DNA of 64,000 bases from contig DF238762.1 of NCBI GenBank assembly GCA_000708835.1, forward strand, positions 117,483 through 181,482, read 5' to 3'. This document shows, piece after piece, positions 54,901 through 62,357 of the stretch. Positions within the stretch are counted from its first letter, which is position 1. Every line of letters starts with the position of its first letter. The notes under the pieces were generated by a model. It saw only the letters and a list, made by a program, of their open reading frames with translations. It was not told the origin of the DNA and made no database searches. Made by a program: the position numbers and the translations under genes. This stretch comes from Klebsormidium nitens. Its lineage: Eukaryota; Plantae; Klebsormidiophyceae.

Positions 54901-55479
54901 TAAAAGGGTTCCCCACAAGAAGACTGGCTTTGTTCCATGAGAAAAGCCCAAAACAGAGGTTAGATCGTTTACCAAGCTGGCCCCACCACGGGGAATCAAG
55001 ACATATAAGCTTGTGCACAAAATAGAGTAGAGCAAAACACGAGGATCACGCAAACTCTTTACCTCTATTGGCAAGTCTGCCAAAGGTGTAAAGATCTTAA
55101 CATCGTGGCGAATCGCCGACGCCACAATTGGATCTCGAGGAATCACCAAGCCCACCAGACACATGGATAAAGAGATGGCCGTAACAAAGGCCGCATTATA
55201 ACGCCAGCGAATAGCTAAAGGTTGAGCCCACCCCCAAAATTCGATAGTGACGAGCACTGCCTGTCCAAGCAACATGGACCCAATGCACACCCCCCCTAGA
55301 AGATTGCCATGCATGTAGAAAGCACGCGCCGCTAGGACATGGACCAGGTGCAGGGACTGAGTTCCCATAAAACCATAGACTATTCCAATGCACAGAACAG
55401 GGTTAGCACTCAAACATCCCCCAATGGCTCCCACAGTGTACAAAGCAGCATGATAAACATTTAAAGATATTGGATTCAT
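42985..55479 (-). CDS. ycf1: Ycf1 (Tic214)-like protein, 4164 aa
   Basis: Uninterrupted 12.5-kb ORF; hydrophobic N-terminus with GIVYGFMGTQSL (compare Ycf1 GLYYGFLTTFSI); C-terminal LARPMAHEMSYSF; adjacent to chlN as in streptophyte plastids. Confidence 0.85.
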   Translation of the reverse strand: MNPISLNVYHAALYTVGAIGGCLSANPVLCIGIVYGFMGTQSLHLVHVLAARAFYMHGNLLGGVCIGSMLLGQAVLVTIEFWGWAQPLAIRWRYNAAFVTAISLSMCLVGLVIPRDPIVASAIRHDVKIFTPLADLPIEVKSLRDPRVLLYSILCTSLYVLIPRGGASLVNDLTSVLGFSHGTKPVFLWGTLLGYGIGNLLFYASLYLSRSITSLVTKRTFYQLISPLSRVLSGMVYATMFIQFRTSPFEIEYSLMQLREARTQTLLIAQDRVSDWVPSIAKQRLALYGRVYQMEEEMGAFNQLLLRSLVDEKNSLQSVNLLPDLCEQPVLKGLETEIEVLPTAGLSPSVSSETRSDGESLLKKEGATLLERQALGQNLLIQPPYERITPQEYVEESRGFAFPWEKEDLAHRLSPLSLPKGRVLGSWHTYAFGSKAEKPWFTAFSEYQEEQRSSSRSANTDWEQDILLPTRRRYPSWWGGASRKRQKQGLVQQQNNKGLLPKVPANLRVLPWDRARNRKPRWAPSTLKWMKSEMVVNAAEDIKRQARRTILIRQKEKPRRRLKHKSLKTRLKGFPIKKQRTREGQVLHTLGTALQPPNGILLTHVPLQANSEQVQRLFEGHTLERLRRVFQLWERRSTSSALLLFKQRTKGWFSSEDVYQDVVQRLFSPSEALFDYCVRLMAYAQHQRAFACVMRPQTHLAWPELDRAPRLCLSIIPGLARTRPGYQVQERIADIYVYLYGKKEEAQDMMKELRLPSFPKERDKRDLAARRLGKPQMLAILESRMLRQRARQGRRVPLRLESEGRLTLPSSLPRKLHSWAKGLFTHTAGFLAEKLFRRNGSEATSSFRPTRPLHSYARGQRWANNPDARLPTGPPGQFPFLLVPRLLEALSNKSLQPSDRRLPFPQLRSLVQAPGLKSSRLGPRPACHRPGLLSRSMDPITTNLVATTPAPQGPGDRARRQSLRKQALLPKHQGRKLEWATRKIARTLDQRSGFSTWEGPRLLKSPANAWRVQRASRPIHKIMKSWQWDMLILGRIVHTQAFQLLNQPLRLVGQWNDQFSQELSEKTAMQANGFFGQTPDKQRETHLKSLSYKKRVGSDLGLTSFTEIQVLRNRAHRKPEKKVSEALSFWRAQKEREARQEVFDLRVSLQSLRQMSSSTHLSSSVPWIFRQALFHAKEKEMAKSAWRALYKKSGTWVGPTPSLSPLPMPIFDSWHHRRAQIQLPPLRHTLLGEPSKTHSWSGLGEAIQKEKTAPWRASNEIGIVSALEWVGPLEDRWANLWRQGTSGVTERGRRMLLALHRSQWDKRSLLYNPLPPLLGKKLRTQRYELAKLASKKMQRYQRTQYTLPLTEQAMITRQNRENNLRLMLTHSLRLTSLRLYEQEGRKALASLAGLNPLSLFADDERVLALVRLDDSRVDPSLRRRAWGARYRLALGRMLARGNKQRHSLESLKTMRGRTHRYRTWDSTAQKYIPQSELANLGLSASHRQGQALELFPPAFSFGEEIERSQMIFGLFDTGIQPYEKDALTIVKRKDKGDEKQPARSRDRQKEGKVSEKSEEMGYELPMDKSETISSPSFLFKPESLFLSLDDLYECFYSLWWQEDWWGDIDHGEDHLIGRDNWRNKEERVDEYDQASSLPFRKIFHHNSYEETRNPSRARIIAEEWFAQSSLPAGERKAYLDEQKERIEEVENRKQRVIPSLKDKSLRQAWHRRISRRVGKVNEADRWRGLISKKKYHYPIGPIARFYLGHSGLPEERVLGRMAMDPHIDDAEPKEVRFNMPEPEVVAEMEKQHLPRLSRWALGELRSRIETDDTQEGVRKDIMRRAWERGDAARWATRSGSPVDLEAILEYEAERADEQSGTDRLHTSALDQVAIRDLYLMKRIMRRLRLAIRLASLHLQSSWLKSSNPQRMRRPTLFEKAWAWADFWRFHGMSSNLLNKSDEIFFEDPMLPVHKTDSSETELGLNDKIGEVASITDLLDAAESLTFWGTSAGEGLPPAGGLKPLKEPGLLAAMVRSSSEPLAQSMDKALTDPLLVKPIFTNQRDRLRELRARQAHLESHSRRSQVTKQMYLGQKCLQAKRIQTSQGLKHVEELPAIQSWKPEMPVRRLGLSGYLVGVRRHIEWSQGHQPFLPYLRPSLGLVGPNADRPNTRTKIEEESFWYAEMRRLAKIKEFLPTYEHRSPWRQLWDDMFGRESMSMETIRRLKPGLLPRRSYQISRGFLGIPRLVKPESSLGRGVSPSSLRQYKSYPTILEPLYRNTQYFKRKRKRIGKVLDSDFENLDHVNLKKYVPTNNDSEQVFFGLSPSYETFQKHPDWDLFRRGISLAMDMESMARFTKRLEYDLRSKDGILVLVDRYSHMIGGVWLGKFVEIASRVIQFNLGVVQGMFRSFIPLLPTSDSKVYLTFMILGKPQLIYQPSNKGFFSWNRYERKVSEGKWKKIPSFVGTRNRSSHFSDHMIAVRIKNPFQALQLALQAFVHNPWKALNEIEVKSFLLPRNDYDNLNYYRKLYKRVYPPDNSSEGLRKYYNRFIRRRKAVTKKLWSFFGFTRVPYHDLPYINKRVPSFFLKTYGQVPGVKPWWLGMDLQNYDWVVKAGSSKAQNQYVYPIQVLTNRNWRILQLNNPTRFQRMSTLANKTGKRRAKGLPHYTSIKDFAFRGELYDSDVLMKPLRKKVDILDGQTTQHIDEVHSKEQFSPELQPQEHQPEPQTQEHQLEPQPQEPQPELSDKESLNSYEELYDPEGFEYEKKDQNGLFSSGLIRRSLALWKRLAPDSSRQRMLRRMNKIRRRALGHKLHLWVERLWQHSSYSLQVPLPLLSKLGQGLIPNQSYTEGVMSRLKALKQRERETRKFALSQERARREVFAGLIRHEPGKAWRNQIHLETLSLKRGKPKMMETLGSLKDKAHTLSLPIQDSWNSLAHVARFFVLHWREEGWNMLSPWRQAKLWDEVRLFWRQPSYGLIFDRIGQRPNRSSICHQSSLGITGVTLSWAEEALPSGSVSHSLVRQVQAMSYLTSLRNIESTIAMAVLEGSRLLHQDSPESQAFDTKLYAIERKKVERTMSLAGNLAQAVDNQLSRREVTRVERNCLKSCKRCLERATACLAKSAVLNPQEVWEKDSMSLEEWAIKWESFALRRSDLNLTDHSKGQLFQFNKSLPQREREALILKQKSTIRDKAFSWRTAEIERLVHGTCSAALHLSEFQRQRLIVLFQGLALDIDNIEQALKNPRGLKEPMNLAEGKRLWSRRDPKLRERNLRSMPVRLREAALVCLSATTKSMLSSSMEDNINRRLRLYARHRKEMLQAYRESQKALERTLLEVPEVIERAVTGLRKSRSGLEEALDLLRLFMDVNERKACQVETSGSWVREDMAKLMVALYDLSLPSRQLAHILQQEATKSMRILVPSSSLHATRDTRRLHAPWGLAVRSLPKVEIPLEVEWQLRTLSKEIESLSYNKHLRDRLSLEKRATPDLLDSESSTRLEKLKQQMPMNNKLEVINEMDKNPRMVSLVDALAYVKKVSTSRTSPAQSDLVVYRPGFEDSVDFGIDYYYDGVDDYNYYGVEPWDSSLFGSFVVGNRVRFNLKGNVVVYQRRGERSEDVWAWGKNQPEESIAWKKNEESVHMEFLHWHTVQDIRAWRALMGKALGKSVMLDIHTPLDPVLFMGPVQPQGLPPSLQCPLAREIENPEMWKIRTAQLDNRRHDEANQVRTRNLVQPLPRMKVRTLGWAMGVVQRKFVYSPPSPKHAIAENNLRQQGTRHLGREARQGIALWQCQAIGAFGQPIRPENRLPGTNEENRLPRPVLLSPHELSQQIYQWIFQLTAWANRTSRWLKTQINTLSYLPAKLLQLTHSNAQDGSQHRTHPFQTWAQVQPTWKLTVQSLQSNGQGKPLAGRLPAKNLPSPNHESASYGADRNKQDRLFASKALLHHMLSSRKSHNDSNLLLKNSVSSGLGQIEQEEPVTKRKYERKVRHVGNRLPEPVPLQPFFSQWMDLQVSKLKGYEDGPSVARTMEIRTKDLYMTSMGTLARPMAHEMSYSFHGLPEHFIQKAMYSLRTWRASSIWWRTRYYFPEKPYQQTWRERLKPLRRALRDLGFDWMLRWSDRIWRVEMLGRKAGIPQLGRTELRILLVKSIRSEFEKQPEGFKLWARNKAYPLVPKSLWRLLVSRSYNKPNRKNK
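47316..47404. repeat. About 3.3 copies of an imperfect 27-nt tandem repeat within ycf1
   Basis: Units start at 47328, 47355 and 47382 (gctcttgag(g/t)ctga(g/a)gctct...); encodes ELQPQEHQP/EPQTQEHQL/EPQPQEPQP. Confidence 0.9.
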
Positions 55480-55514
55480 TTGTCAGTTTTTAATGATAGA
55501 GCAGACATGATAAG

Positions 55515-55544
55515 CCTCTCCCCCCCCTTTATGGGGGGGAGGGG
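55515..55544. other. C-run/G-run hairpin between rpl32 and the ycf1 start
   Basis: cctctcccccccc-tttat-gggggggagggg. Confidence 0.6.
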
Positions 55545-55546
55545 TC

Positions 55547-55774
55547 TCACTCCACTGGGCTATTTTTATTTATAAGAATCCCTTCCCTATTCCCAAAGCC
55601 CTTAGGAGGGTCTTTTGGGTTTTGATCCTTTCGATATACAAAGTGCGTACGACGAGTAAGAACTGCTTTCGATAGCGAGAATGAGTTTCTAGCCTCTTGA
55701 ATTGCTTTCTGGTTCCATGCAGACTTTCGCGTCCTCTTTTTTGTCTTAGAGGCCCTCTTCTTTGGAACAGCCAT
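55547..55774 (-). CDS. rpl32: Ribosomal protein L32 (75 aa)
   Basis: MAVPKKRASKTKKRTRKSAW...SLSKAVLT; true start is internal to the 130-aa ORF. Confidence 0.95.
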   Translation of the reverse strand: MAVPKKRASKTKKRTRKSAWNQKAIQEARNSFSLSKAVLTRRTHFVYRKDQNPKDPPKGFGNREGILINKNSPVE

Positions 55775-56124
55775 AATAATACTTTTTGTCGTTATAGGAC
55801 TTGGATGCATGGGTTTAAGGCTGGCTTTCGAGAGAGTAGCAGCCTTGGGTGGCTTGTATAAACCGACGTTTCGTTCGCCTTGGTTGATATAGCATAGAGC
55901 TGCATTCCCTAGCTTTACAATACTGAGTAGTTGGACCAATAGAAGAGCCTAGAGATTTTTGAAGATGGAATTGAGATCTAGAGGCCAATAAATAGGTTTG
56001 GTGTGAAAGCTTTGAGCAAAGCATGGGTGACGTGACTACTTTCCGAGTTCATTTTTAAAGAGTAGACGCCCATTATAAAAGAAATAAGCTTTTGTTCACA
56101 GATCAGAAGGATCCTAATGGCTGA

Positions 56125-58053
56125 TTAGGGGAGAGTTGAAAAAGTGACTATGGCAAGCAGACTTACTAGCGCGATGGTCATGCTCAACGCATAGTAGGTC
56201 AAGTTGCCCCCTTGCCAAGCCCTGTTCGCTTGACCTGAGACAAGCCCTATGAGTCCAGCCCCATTCGCCACACCATCAATCCACCAGCTATCTAAGGCAG
56301 ATGCTCTCTCAGCTAAGATCTGATTCGTTCGCACCCATGATCTATCGTAGATTTCATCGATGTGCCAGCGATTATAAGAGGCACGGTGGAGCTGTGGCCA
56401 TTGGTAAGAAAGTCCGCTGAGTCCAAGTGTGGCCCTTTGGTAGGCTAAGAAAGCCACACAACCTCCCAGCAGAGCAATCCCAACTGAGCTTACTGCCATG
56501 CTGCTAAATGCAATCAGACTCGGAGATGGGCCGGGCCCGAGATGAAACCAAGGAGTATTCATCCAACCAATTGCCACGGTAGGCAGGGCGAGTATGAGAA
56601 GGCATGACGTCATACCTCCATCTTCTTGAGGCTTAGCCTTTTGATGACTCCGATAAGGCAGTAGTGACCCTCCCCGGAAGCGTCCTTCGAAGGTGAGCAG
56701 GTATATGCGGAGCATGTATAGCCCTGTCATACCCGCTGTGGTCCAAGCAATTGTCCATAGAATAGGGTGGGCTGCCCAGGCCCCTGCCAATATCGCATCC
56801 TTGGACCAGAAGCATGCGAGGGGTGGGATACCACAAATCGATAGGGTGCCAAGAAGAAATGTGGTTCCTGTGATTGGCATGAATCTCCTAAGACCTCCCA
56901 TTAGTAGCATGTTTTGGCTCTTGGCGGGATCCCACCCGACTAAAGGTTCCATGCCATGAATAACGGAGCCGGCCCCTAAGAAGAGCAAGGCTTTGGAATA
57001 AGCATGGGTTACAAGATGGAAGAGACCCGCCTCGTAAGACCCTATTCCCATGGCCATGACCATGTACCCAAGCTGAGACATTGTAGAATAAGCAAGCCCC
57101 TTCTTAAGGTCAGTTTGTGTCAGCGCGATGCTGGCTCCGAGGAGCGAAGTGAGTGCACCAGCCCAAGCCATTGTCTCCATTACCGTGCCCAGTTGCTGGA
57201 AGATGGGGCACATACGAGCTATAAGGAAGACTCCTGCTGCAACCATTGTAGCGGCATGGATAAGAGCGGAGATGGGTGTGGGTCCTTCCATAGCATCCGG
57301 CAGCCAGACATGAAGGGGGATCTGCGCGGACTTGGCTAACGGCCCCAAGAGTAAAAGCAGGCAGCAGAGGGTAGGAAAGAAAAGACCAAGTGCTTGAGAT
57401 GCTAGCAAACGGGCAAGCCGCTCCGCAATCTCCCCAAACTCAAGGCTGCCGGTAGCCCAGTAGAGCCCAAGAATGCCAAGCAAGAGACCAAAGTCTCCTA
57501 TCCTATTTGTAACAAACGCTTTCTGGCAGGCCTTAGCAGCTCCTAACCGATTTGGCCAAAAACCTATCAGCAGGTAAGAGCACATGCCCACAAGTTCCCA
57601 GAACACGTATACTTGGACCAAATTAGGGCTAAGCACCAGACCTAGCATCGACGCGGTGAACAAGCTAAGATAAACAAAAAAGCGGACGTATCCCTGGTCA
57701 TAGGCCATATACTTGTGGCTGTATAACATGACAACTAACCCCACCGTAGTGATGAGTACAAGCATCATAGAGCTCAAAGGATCCACTAGATAACCCATCT
57801 GCAAGCGCAGGTGCCCTGAAACTATCCAGTCCATTGCCCAGCGGTAGGGTCCGGATCCGCCCAGCTGAGCCTGCACGAGTAAAAAGGACAAGATCATAGA
57901 CGTTGCTAAGCTGCCCATCAGAAAGGTCCGGTGCCATTCCCGGAGGCTGCGCGTTGCCTTGCGCAGAACGAGCAAGCCCCCCCCGGCTACCAGAGAGGCA
58001 AAGTATGGCAGGATTGCGACAAGCCAGGCGGATTCATAAAGCCATTCGTTCAT
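56125..58053 (-). CDS. ndhF: NDH subunit F
   Basis: KSAQIPLHVWLPDAMEGPTPISALIHAATMVAAG, LAYSTMSQLGYM, FHLVTHAYSKALLFLGAG. Confidence 0.98.
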   Translation of the reverse strand: MNEWLYESAWLVAILPYFASLVAGGGLLVLRKATRSLREWHRTFLMGSLATSMILSFLLVQAQLGGSGPYRWAMDWIVSGHLRLQMGYLVDPLSSMMLVLITTVGLVVMLYSHKYMAYDQGYVRFFVYLSLFTASMLGLVLSPNLVQVYVFWELVGMCSYLLIGFWPNRLGAAKACQKAFVTNRIGDFGLLLGILGLYWATGSLEFGEIAERLARLLASQALGLFFPTLCCLLLLLGPLAKSAQIPLHVWLPDAMEGPTPISALIHAATMVAAGVFLIARMCPIFQQLGTVMETMAWAGALTSLLGASIALTQTDLKKGLAYSTMSQLGYMVMAMGIGSYEAGLFHLVTHAYSKALLFLGAGSVIHGMEPLVGWDPAKSQNMLLMGGLRRFMPITGTTFLLGTLSICGIPPLACFWSKDAILAGAWAAHPILWTIAWTTAGMTGLYMLRIYLLTFEGRFRGGSLLPYRSHQKAKPQEDGGMTSCLLILALPTVAIGWMNTPWFHLGPGPSPSLIAFSSMAVSSVGIALLGGCVAFLAYQRATLGLSGLSYQWPQLHRASYNRWHIDEIYDRSWVRTNQILAERASALDSWWIDGVANGAGLIGLVSGQANRAWQGGNLTYYALSMTIALVSLLAIVTFSTLP

Positions 58054-58636
58054 AAGCCTCCTCTGCGCAAGCCCACACCAAGGACCAGGCCCTTTCTTTC
58101 TCTAGAAAGAGTATTAGGTTTTGGGTTTACCCCTATCCCTTTTCATCAGGATCTGGCTTCTTTTTTTAGGGGCTTGCAATTGTTCGTATATGTACTTTTT
58201 CTCATCTCTTATCTTACTACCAGAAGCATATCTAAGATGTCTTCAAAACACCATGCCTATTGAAAGGAAAGGCAAGTGGAAGAATTGGAACCAAATAAGA
58301 AAGCTTGGGCTTAGGTCTGCCGCACGACGAAAAAAATGGTTTGAGTATTTGGTGTGCTATCCTTGTTTATTATACCTTTTGCTGGCCATTTTTCTCAAAT
58401 TGTACATACATTAAATCTAGCATACCATAAAAGAGGGTCAGGGGCAACTCTTTCGTTTTACTTATCAAAAAAGATCAACTTTGTTCTGACTTCATTTCAT
58501 ACCTTATTCTATGATTCGGGCCGGGGTGCTTGACCTTTGTGCCCATCGACACTTACACTGCGGGATAGGCTTAGCTCTTGCTCGCCTGCTTATTATGCAT
58601 CCCTCTTGACTAGACACAGTGGATTGCGTGAAGTCT

Positions 58637-58981
58637 ATGGTATATGCAATTGTCGAGACAGGGGGTCAGCAACTTCGGATGGAGCCTGGTAGGTTCTACG
58701 ACGTACCCTGTATGCCCTCTCTGATGCCAGGCACCAAAGTGGTGTTGTGTCGAGTGCTTATGGTGCGGAACCAATCGGAGATTGGAGTTGGGAGGCCTTG
58801 GGTAGGGGGCGCCCTTGTCAGGGCAAGGGTAATGCATACCCTGAAAGCAGAGAAACAAGTTGTGTTGCGAAGAAGGGCAAAGAAAAAAAGCCGTCGTAAG
58901 CAGGGCCATCGTCGTAGATTCACCCGATTGCTAGTGGATAGCATCGAGGCACATGGGCAACAACTGCAAGTTCCAGCCTAA
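58637..58981 (+). CDS. rpl21: Ribosomal protein L21
   Basis: MVYAIVETGGQQLRMEPGRFY...GRPWVGGALV...KKSRRKQGHRRRFTRL. Confidence 0.93.
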   Translation: MVYAIVETGGQQLRMEPGRFYDVPCMPSLMPGTKVVLCRVLMVRNQSEIGVGRPWVGGALVRARVMHTLKAEKQVVLRRRAKKKSRRKQGHRRRFTRLLVDSIEAHGQQLQVPA

Positions 58982-59029
58982 GCTTCCAAGCTCAGCCATC
59001 TGCCAGTGTACAATAGAGCTGTCCAAGCA

Positions 59030-59103
59030 CGGAGCATAGCGCAGCTTGGTAGCGTGCCATCTTGGGGTGATGGAGGCCGTGGGTTCGAATCCCGCTGCTC
59101 CGA
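59030..59103 (+). tRNA. trnP: tRNA-Pro(GGG)
   Basis: CGGAGCA...CCATC-TT GGG GT-GATGG...TTCGAAT...TGCTCCG-A. Confidence 0.95.
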
Positions 59104-59214
59104 GGGGCACTAGGCGCTCCCTTCCTGGAGCAAGGCCACAAGGAGGGGGGCTAGCAGCCTCCCATTGCCCCCTTGTACAGATACGCATAGTATGCTACTA
59201 TACTGCATAAACAA

Positions 59215-59293
59215 GCCGCTATGGTGAAATGGTAGACACGCTGCCCTTAGGAGGCAGTGCGCGAGCATCTCGGTTCGAGTCCGAGTGGCGGCA
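59215..59293 (+). tRNA. trnL: tRNA-Leu(UAG)
   Basis: GCCGCTA...CTGCC-CT TAG GA-GGCAG, long variable arm, TTCGAGT, TGGCGGC-A. Confidence 0.95.
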
Positions 59294-59465
59294 GACCCTA
59301 GGCAGTTCAGCCTGAGTCGATTTGCAATTGCCCTCCCTATCTGGTCCACAAGGAAAGAGGATATGGGATAAAAGCTTGTTGGCATCGTGCTTAGGCAATG
59401 GGCTCCCAGGGACAAGGACTGAGACCTGTACCCAAGATAAGCTACCCAATGATGGGAGAGTTCAC

Positions 59466-60698
59466 ATGGCAAGAGAAAAATTTGAGCGTAAGAAGCCTCA
59501 TGTAAACATTGGCACAATTGGTCATGTAGATCATGGAAAGACCACCCTTACTGCAGCAATTACAATGACGCTTGCTGCCAACAGCGGTCTTACGCCTAAA
59601 AAGTATGATGAAATTGATGCTGCGCCCGAAGAGAGGGCACGGGGCATTACCATTAATACCGCCCACGTAGAATATGAAACAGAGAACAGGCACTATGCCC
59701 ACGTTGACTGTCCTGGACACGCAGACTATGTAAAGAACATGATCACAGGAGCAGCACAGATGGACGGTGCTATTCTCGTCGTCTCGGGGGCTGACGGGCC
59801 TATGCCCCAAACTAAGGAGCACATCTTGCTTGCTAAGCAGGTTGGGGTACCGACTGTGGTCGTATTCTTAAACAAAGAGGACCAAGTAGACGACGAAGAG
59901 CTTCTTCTGCTCGTCGAGATGGAGGTACGCGAGACCCTCAGTTACTACGAGTTCCCCGGGGACGACGTGCCGGTGGTTTCCGGCTCGGCCCTTCTAGCTC
60001 TGGAAGCATTGAGTGCAGAAAATGCTAGTATCTCAAGGGGAACAAACAAATGGGTGGACAAGATCTTTGAACTTATGGACCAAGTGGACGAGCACATCCC
60101 TACACCCACCCGCGACACAGACAAGCCTTTTCTTATGGCCGTTGAAGATGTTTTTTCCATTACAGGACGGGGGACAGTTGCAACAGGTCGTGTTGAGAGA
60201 GGATCTATCCGAGTTGGAGATACCGTAGAGGTGGTGGGCCTGAGAGACACTCGGACAAGTACCGTTACAGGGCTGGAGATGTTTCAAAAGACTCTGGAAC
60301 AGAGCCTCGCTGGGGATAATGTAGGAATGCTCTTAAGGGGTATACAAAAGCAGGATATCGAGAGAGGAATGGTAATCGCCAAACCAGGATCCATCAAGCC
60401 CCACACAAAGTTCGAAGCACAGGTCTACATCCTTAAAAAAGAAGAAGGAGGACGACATTCACCTTTCTTTAAGGGATACCGTCCACAATTCTATGTTCGG
60501 ACTACAGATGTCACTGGAAACATCGAGTCTTGCTGGAATGACTCTGGCGAATCTACGCGCATGGTCATGCCAGGAGACAGGATCAAGATGCATGTCGAGC
60601 TTATCCAACCGATTGCAATCGAAAAGCAGATGAGGTTTGCAATCCGAGAGGGAGGGCGCACCGTCGGTGCAGGCGTGGTCTCCGAACTGCTTGACTAG
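59466..60698 (+). CDS. tufA: Elongation factor Tu (410 aa)
   Basis: [60 protein letters not shown]. Confidence 0.98.
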   Translation: MAREKFERKKPHVNIGTIGHVDHGKTTLTAAITMTLAANSGLTPKKYDEIDAAPEERARGITINTAHVEYETENRHYAHVDCPGHADYVKNMITGAAQMDGAILVVSGADGPMPQTKEHILLAKQVGVPTVVVFLNKEDQVDDEELLLLVEMEVRETLSYYEFPGDDVPVVSGSALLALEALSAENASISRGTNKWVDKIFELMDQVDEHIPTPTRDTDKPFLMAVEDVFSITGRGTVATGRVERGSIRVGDTVEVVGLRDTRTSTVTGLEMFQKTLEQSLAGDNVGMLLRGIQKQDIERGMVIAKPGSIKPHTKFEAQVYILKKEEGGRHSPFFKGYRPQFYVRTTDVTGNIESCWNDSGESTRMVMPGDRIKMHVELIQPIAIEKQMRFAIREGGRTVGAGVVSELLD

Positions 60699-61028
60699 CA
60701 TAAGAAAAAAACTGCCCATCTACTGAGGTGGGCGTTTGCAACTCTTGCAAAGTAGAAAATCATTCTTTTTATAGCTGATCCTACTATTCGCGACAATTTG
60801 CTCTCATTATTTTATCTTTTATTTTTTCTTTCAAGCTTGACGGTTCTATTCTATATAAACCGATCATCAATGCTTTGCTTTTGAAGCCTTTTTGAAATGA
60901 AACACAAGCGTTCAATTACGCATATTGAATACTAAAAATATTACTCATTCAAATCATTTTTATAATGAAATGCTAAATGAAACAATAAAGTCTTCACTAT
61001 AATAATTTTGTCATTATAAAGTTAAGAT

Positions 61029-61074
61029 TTTGGGTAAAAACGGATTCGAACCCTTGGCATTATGGTTTGTAGTT
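61029..61074 (-). pseudogene. Degenerate partial duplicate of the 3' part of trnR(ACG)
   Basis: tttgggtaaaaacggattcgaacccttggcattatggtttgtagtt aligns without gaps to tttgggcaaggagggattcgaacccccgacactatggttcgtagcc (61084-61129). Confidence 0.8.
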
Positions 61075-61085
61075 ATTATTGACTT

Positions 61086-61159
61086 TGGGCAAGGAGGGAT
61101 TCGAACCCCCGACACTATGGTTCGTAGCCATATGCTCTAGTCCACTGAGCTACAAGCCC
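61086..61159 (-). tRNA. trnR: tRNA-Arg(ACG)
   Basis: Reverse complement GGGCTTG...TATGG-CT ACG AA-CCATA...TTCGAAT...CTTGCCC-A. Confidence 0.95.
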
Positions 61160-61239
61160 GCTCGCTGTGTCTAACGCGTTCAATTGGACAGGGGCCCTCA
61201 CCGCCTTCTTTTCTTTTTTAAAGGAAGGCGGGGGCTTTT

Positions 61240-61614
61240 TTAGCTACCCAATTTGAACCCATCTACAAAGAGGCCATACACAAGTCCAATCTTCCACATG
61301 TTCGCTGCCTTCGCAGCCCAACCAGGCGCAGGGCTCTGAATAGAGAGAGGCAACTTGATTCTTCTAACTAAGACGAATACGATTTTTGCCTTTTTAAAGA
61401 AAAGGTGGAAAGACGACTTGTAAAGACAGACCCCCGCAAGTTCCGTAAGTGCTACAAGGCCCGCAGATGCCAAAACGTCCCAGTCCCCTGTTTGACCTAG
61501 CACGGTCGATAGAGTTGTTGCTTGAAAGAAGCCTGCTAGAAGAAAAAGCATAGCTGCAGTCAGGGAAAGCCCCTGTCTACTGCCTGTATGTAGGACGGGG
61601 ATTGAATTGGGCAT
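61240..61614 (-). CDS. ycf20: Ycf20 (ATG 61614; TTG 61629 possible)
   Basis: GFFQATTLSTVLGQTGDWD and KIGLVYGLFVDGFKLGS*, typical Ycf20 motifs. Confidence 0.9.
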   Translation of the reverse strand: MPNSIPVLHTGSRQGLSLTAAMLFLLAGFFQATTLSTVLGQTGDWDVLASAGLVALTELAGVCLYKSSFHLFFKKAKIVFVLVRRIKLPLSIQSPAPGWAAKAANMWKIGLVYGLFVDGFKLGS

Positions 61615-61692
61615 GAGACACTTGTACAATTTAGGTAATACGTTGATTTGTCTCGGGTGGCGACAAATCTCACGACCCTCCTTAAAGAATCC

Positions 61693-61765
61693 CTCCCCAG
61701 GTAGGGATTGAACCTACGACCGTTCGGTTAACAGCCGACTGCTCGTACCACTGAGCTACTAGGGA
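61693..61765 (-). tRNA. trnN: tRNA-Asn(GUU)
   Basis: Reverse complement TCCCTAG...GTCGG-CT GTT AA-CCGAA...TTCAATC...CTGGGGA-G. Confidence 0.94.
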
Positions 61766-61898
61766 CTTCTCAATGTCAAAAATAATAGAGTTTTATTCCT
61801 GCTACAAGTATTGTATAATAGTCAGTACTTTCTGGCAAGGCTTGCCTGACTGGATATATATATGAATCAAATTCTCTTCATTTTTTTCTTAATTTTCT

Positions 61899-62174
61899 AT
61901 GGAAAACAGTGACTGGTATGAAAATACTGATTGGTTTGAGGATAATGATTGGCTTTTAGGTGGAACTTTAGTAATGGATCTAACATTTAAATGTGTTTAT
62001 ATTATGGGCTCTCGTGACTCTATGATGATGAAAAACAAGCATGAAGAAATAGAAATCCCATTTTCTCTTTTAAATGTAGAACCTGAAGGGATGCCCAAGG
62101 AAATGCTTGGGCATTTAATTGCAAAAAAAGTTAAGCTGAGATTTTATCTTATGGCTTGCTATATGAAAACGTAA
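61899..62174 (+). CDS. Orphan ORF91 (family E), paralog of ORF167
   Basis: 29/71 identities with ORF167 by hand alignment (WL.GGTLV..L...CV.I.GS ... RFYL..CY). Confidence 0.7.
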   Translation: MENSDWYENTDWFEDNDWLLGGTLVMDLTFKCVYIMGSRDSMMMKNKHEEIEIPFSLLNVEPEGMPKEMLGHLIAKKVKLRFYLMACYMKT

Positions 62175-62205
62175 AAAGTCAATAAAGTAATTTATTGACT
62201 TTTTA
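62172..62205. terminator. AT-rich stem-loop between convergent ORF91 and ccsA
   Basis: taaaaagtcaataaa-gtaa-tttattgacttttta perfect 15-bp stem; a second stem at 62301-62336. Confidence 0.7.
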
Positions 62206-62357
62206 TAAATTCAATAAAAAAAGAAAATAAATTATTATTTAATATCAAAATATACTTTTGTATTAAAGTAATTAAACATTTAAAAGTTTTTTATAAAAGT
62301 TTTTTACTTCTCTTTTTTTTTTAAGAGAAGTAAAAATATTACTTTATTTTTATTTTT

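Noticed and set aside
43067-55393. Plus-strand ORFs (60-163 aa) antisense to ycf1
   Set aside because: Expected shadows of a long GC-rich CDS; the ALEAEALA pattern at 47046-47537 is just the antisense of the 27-nt repeat.
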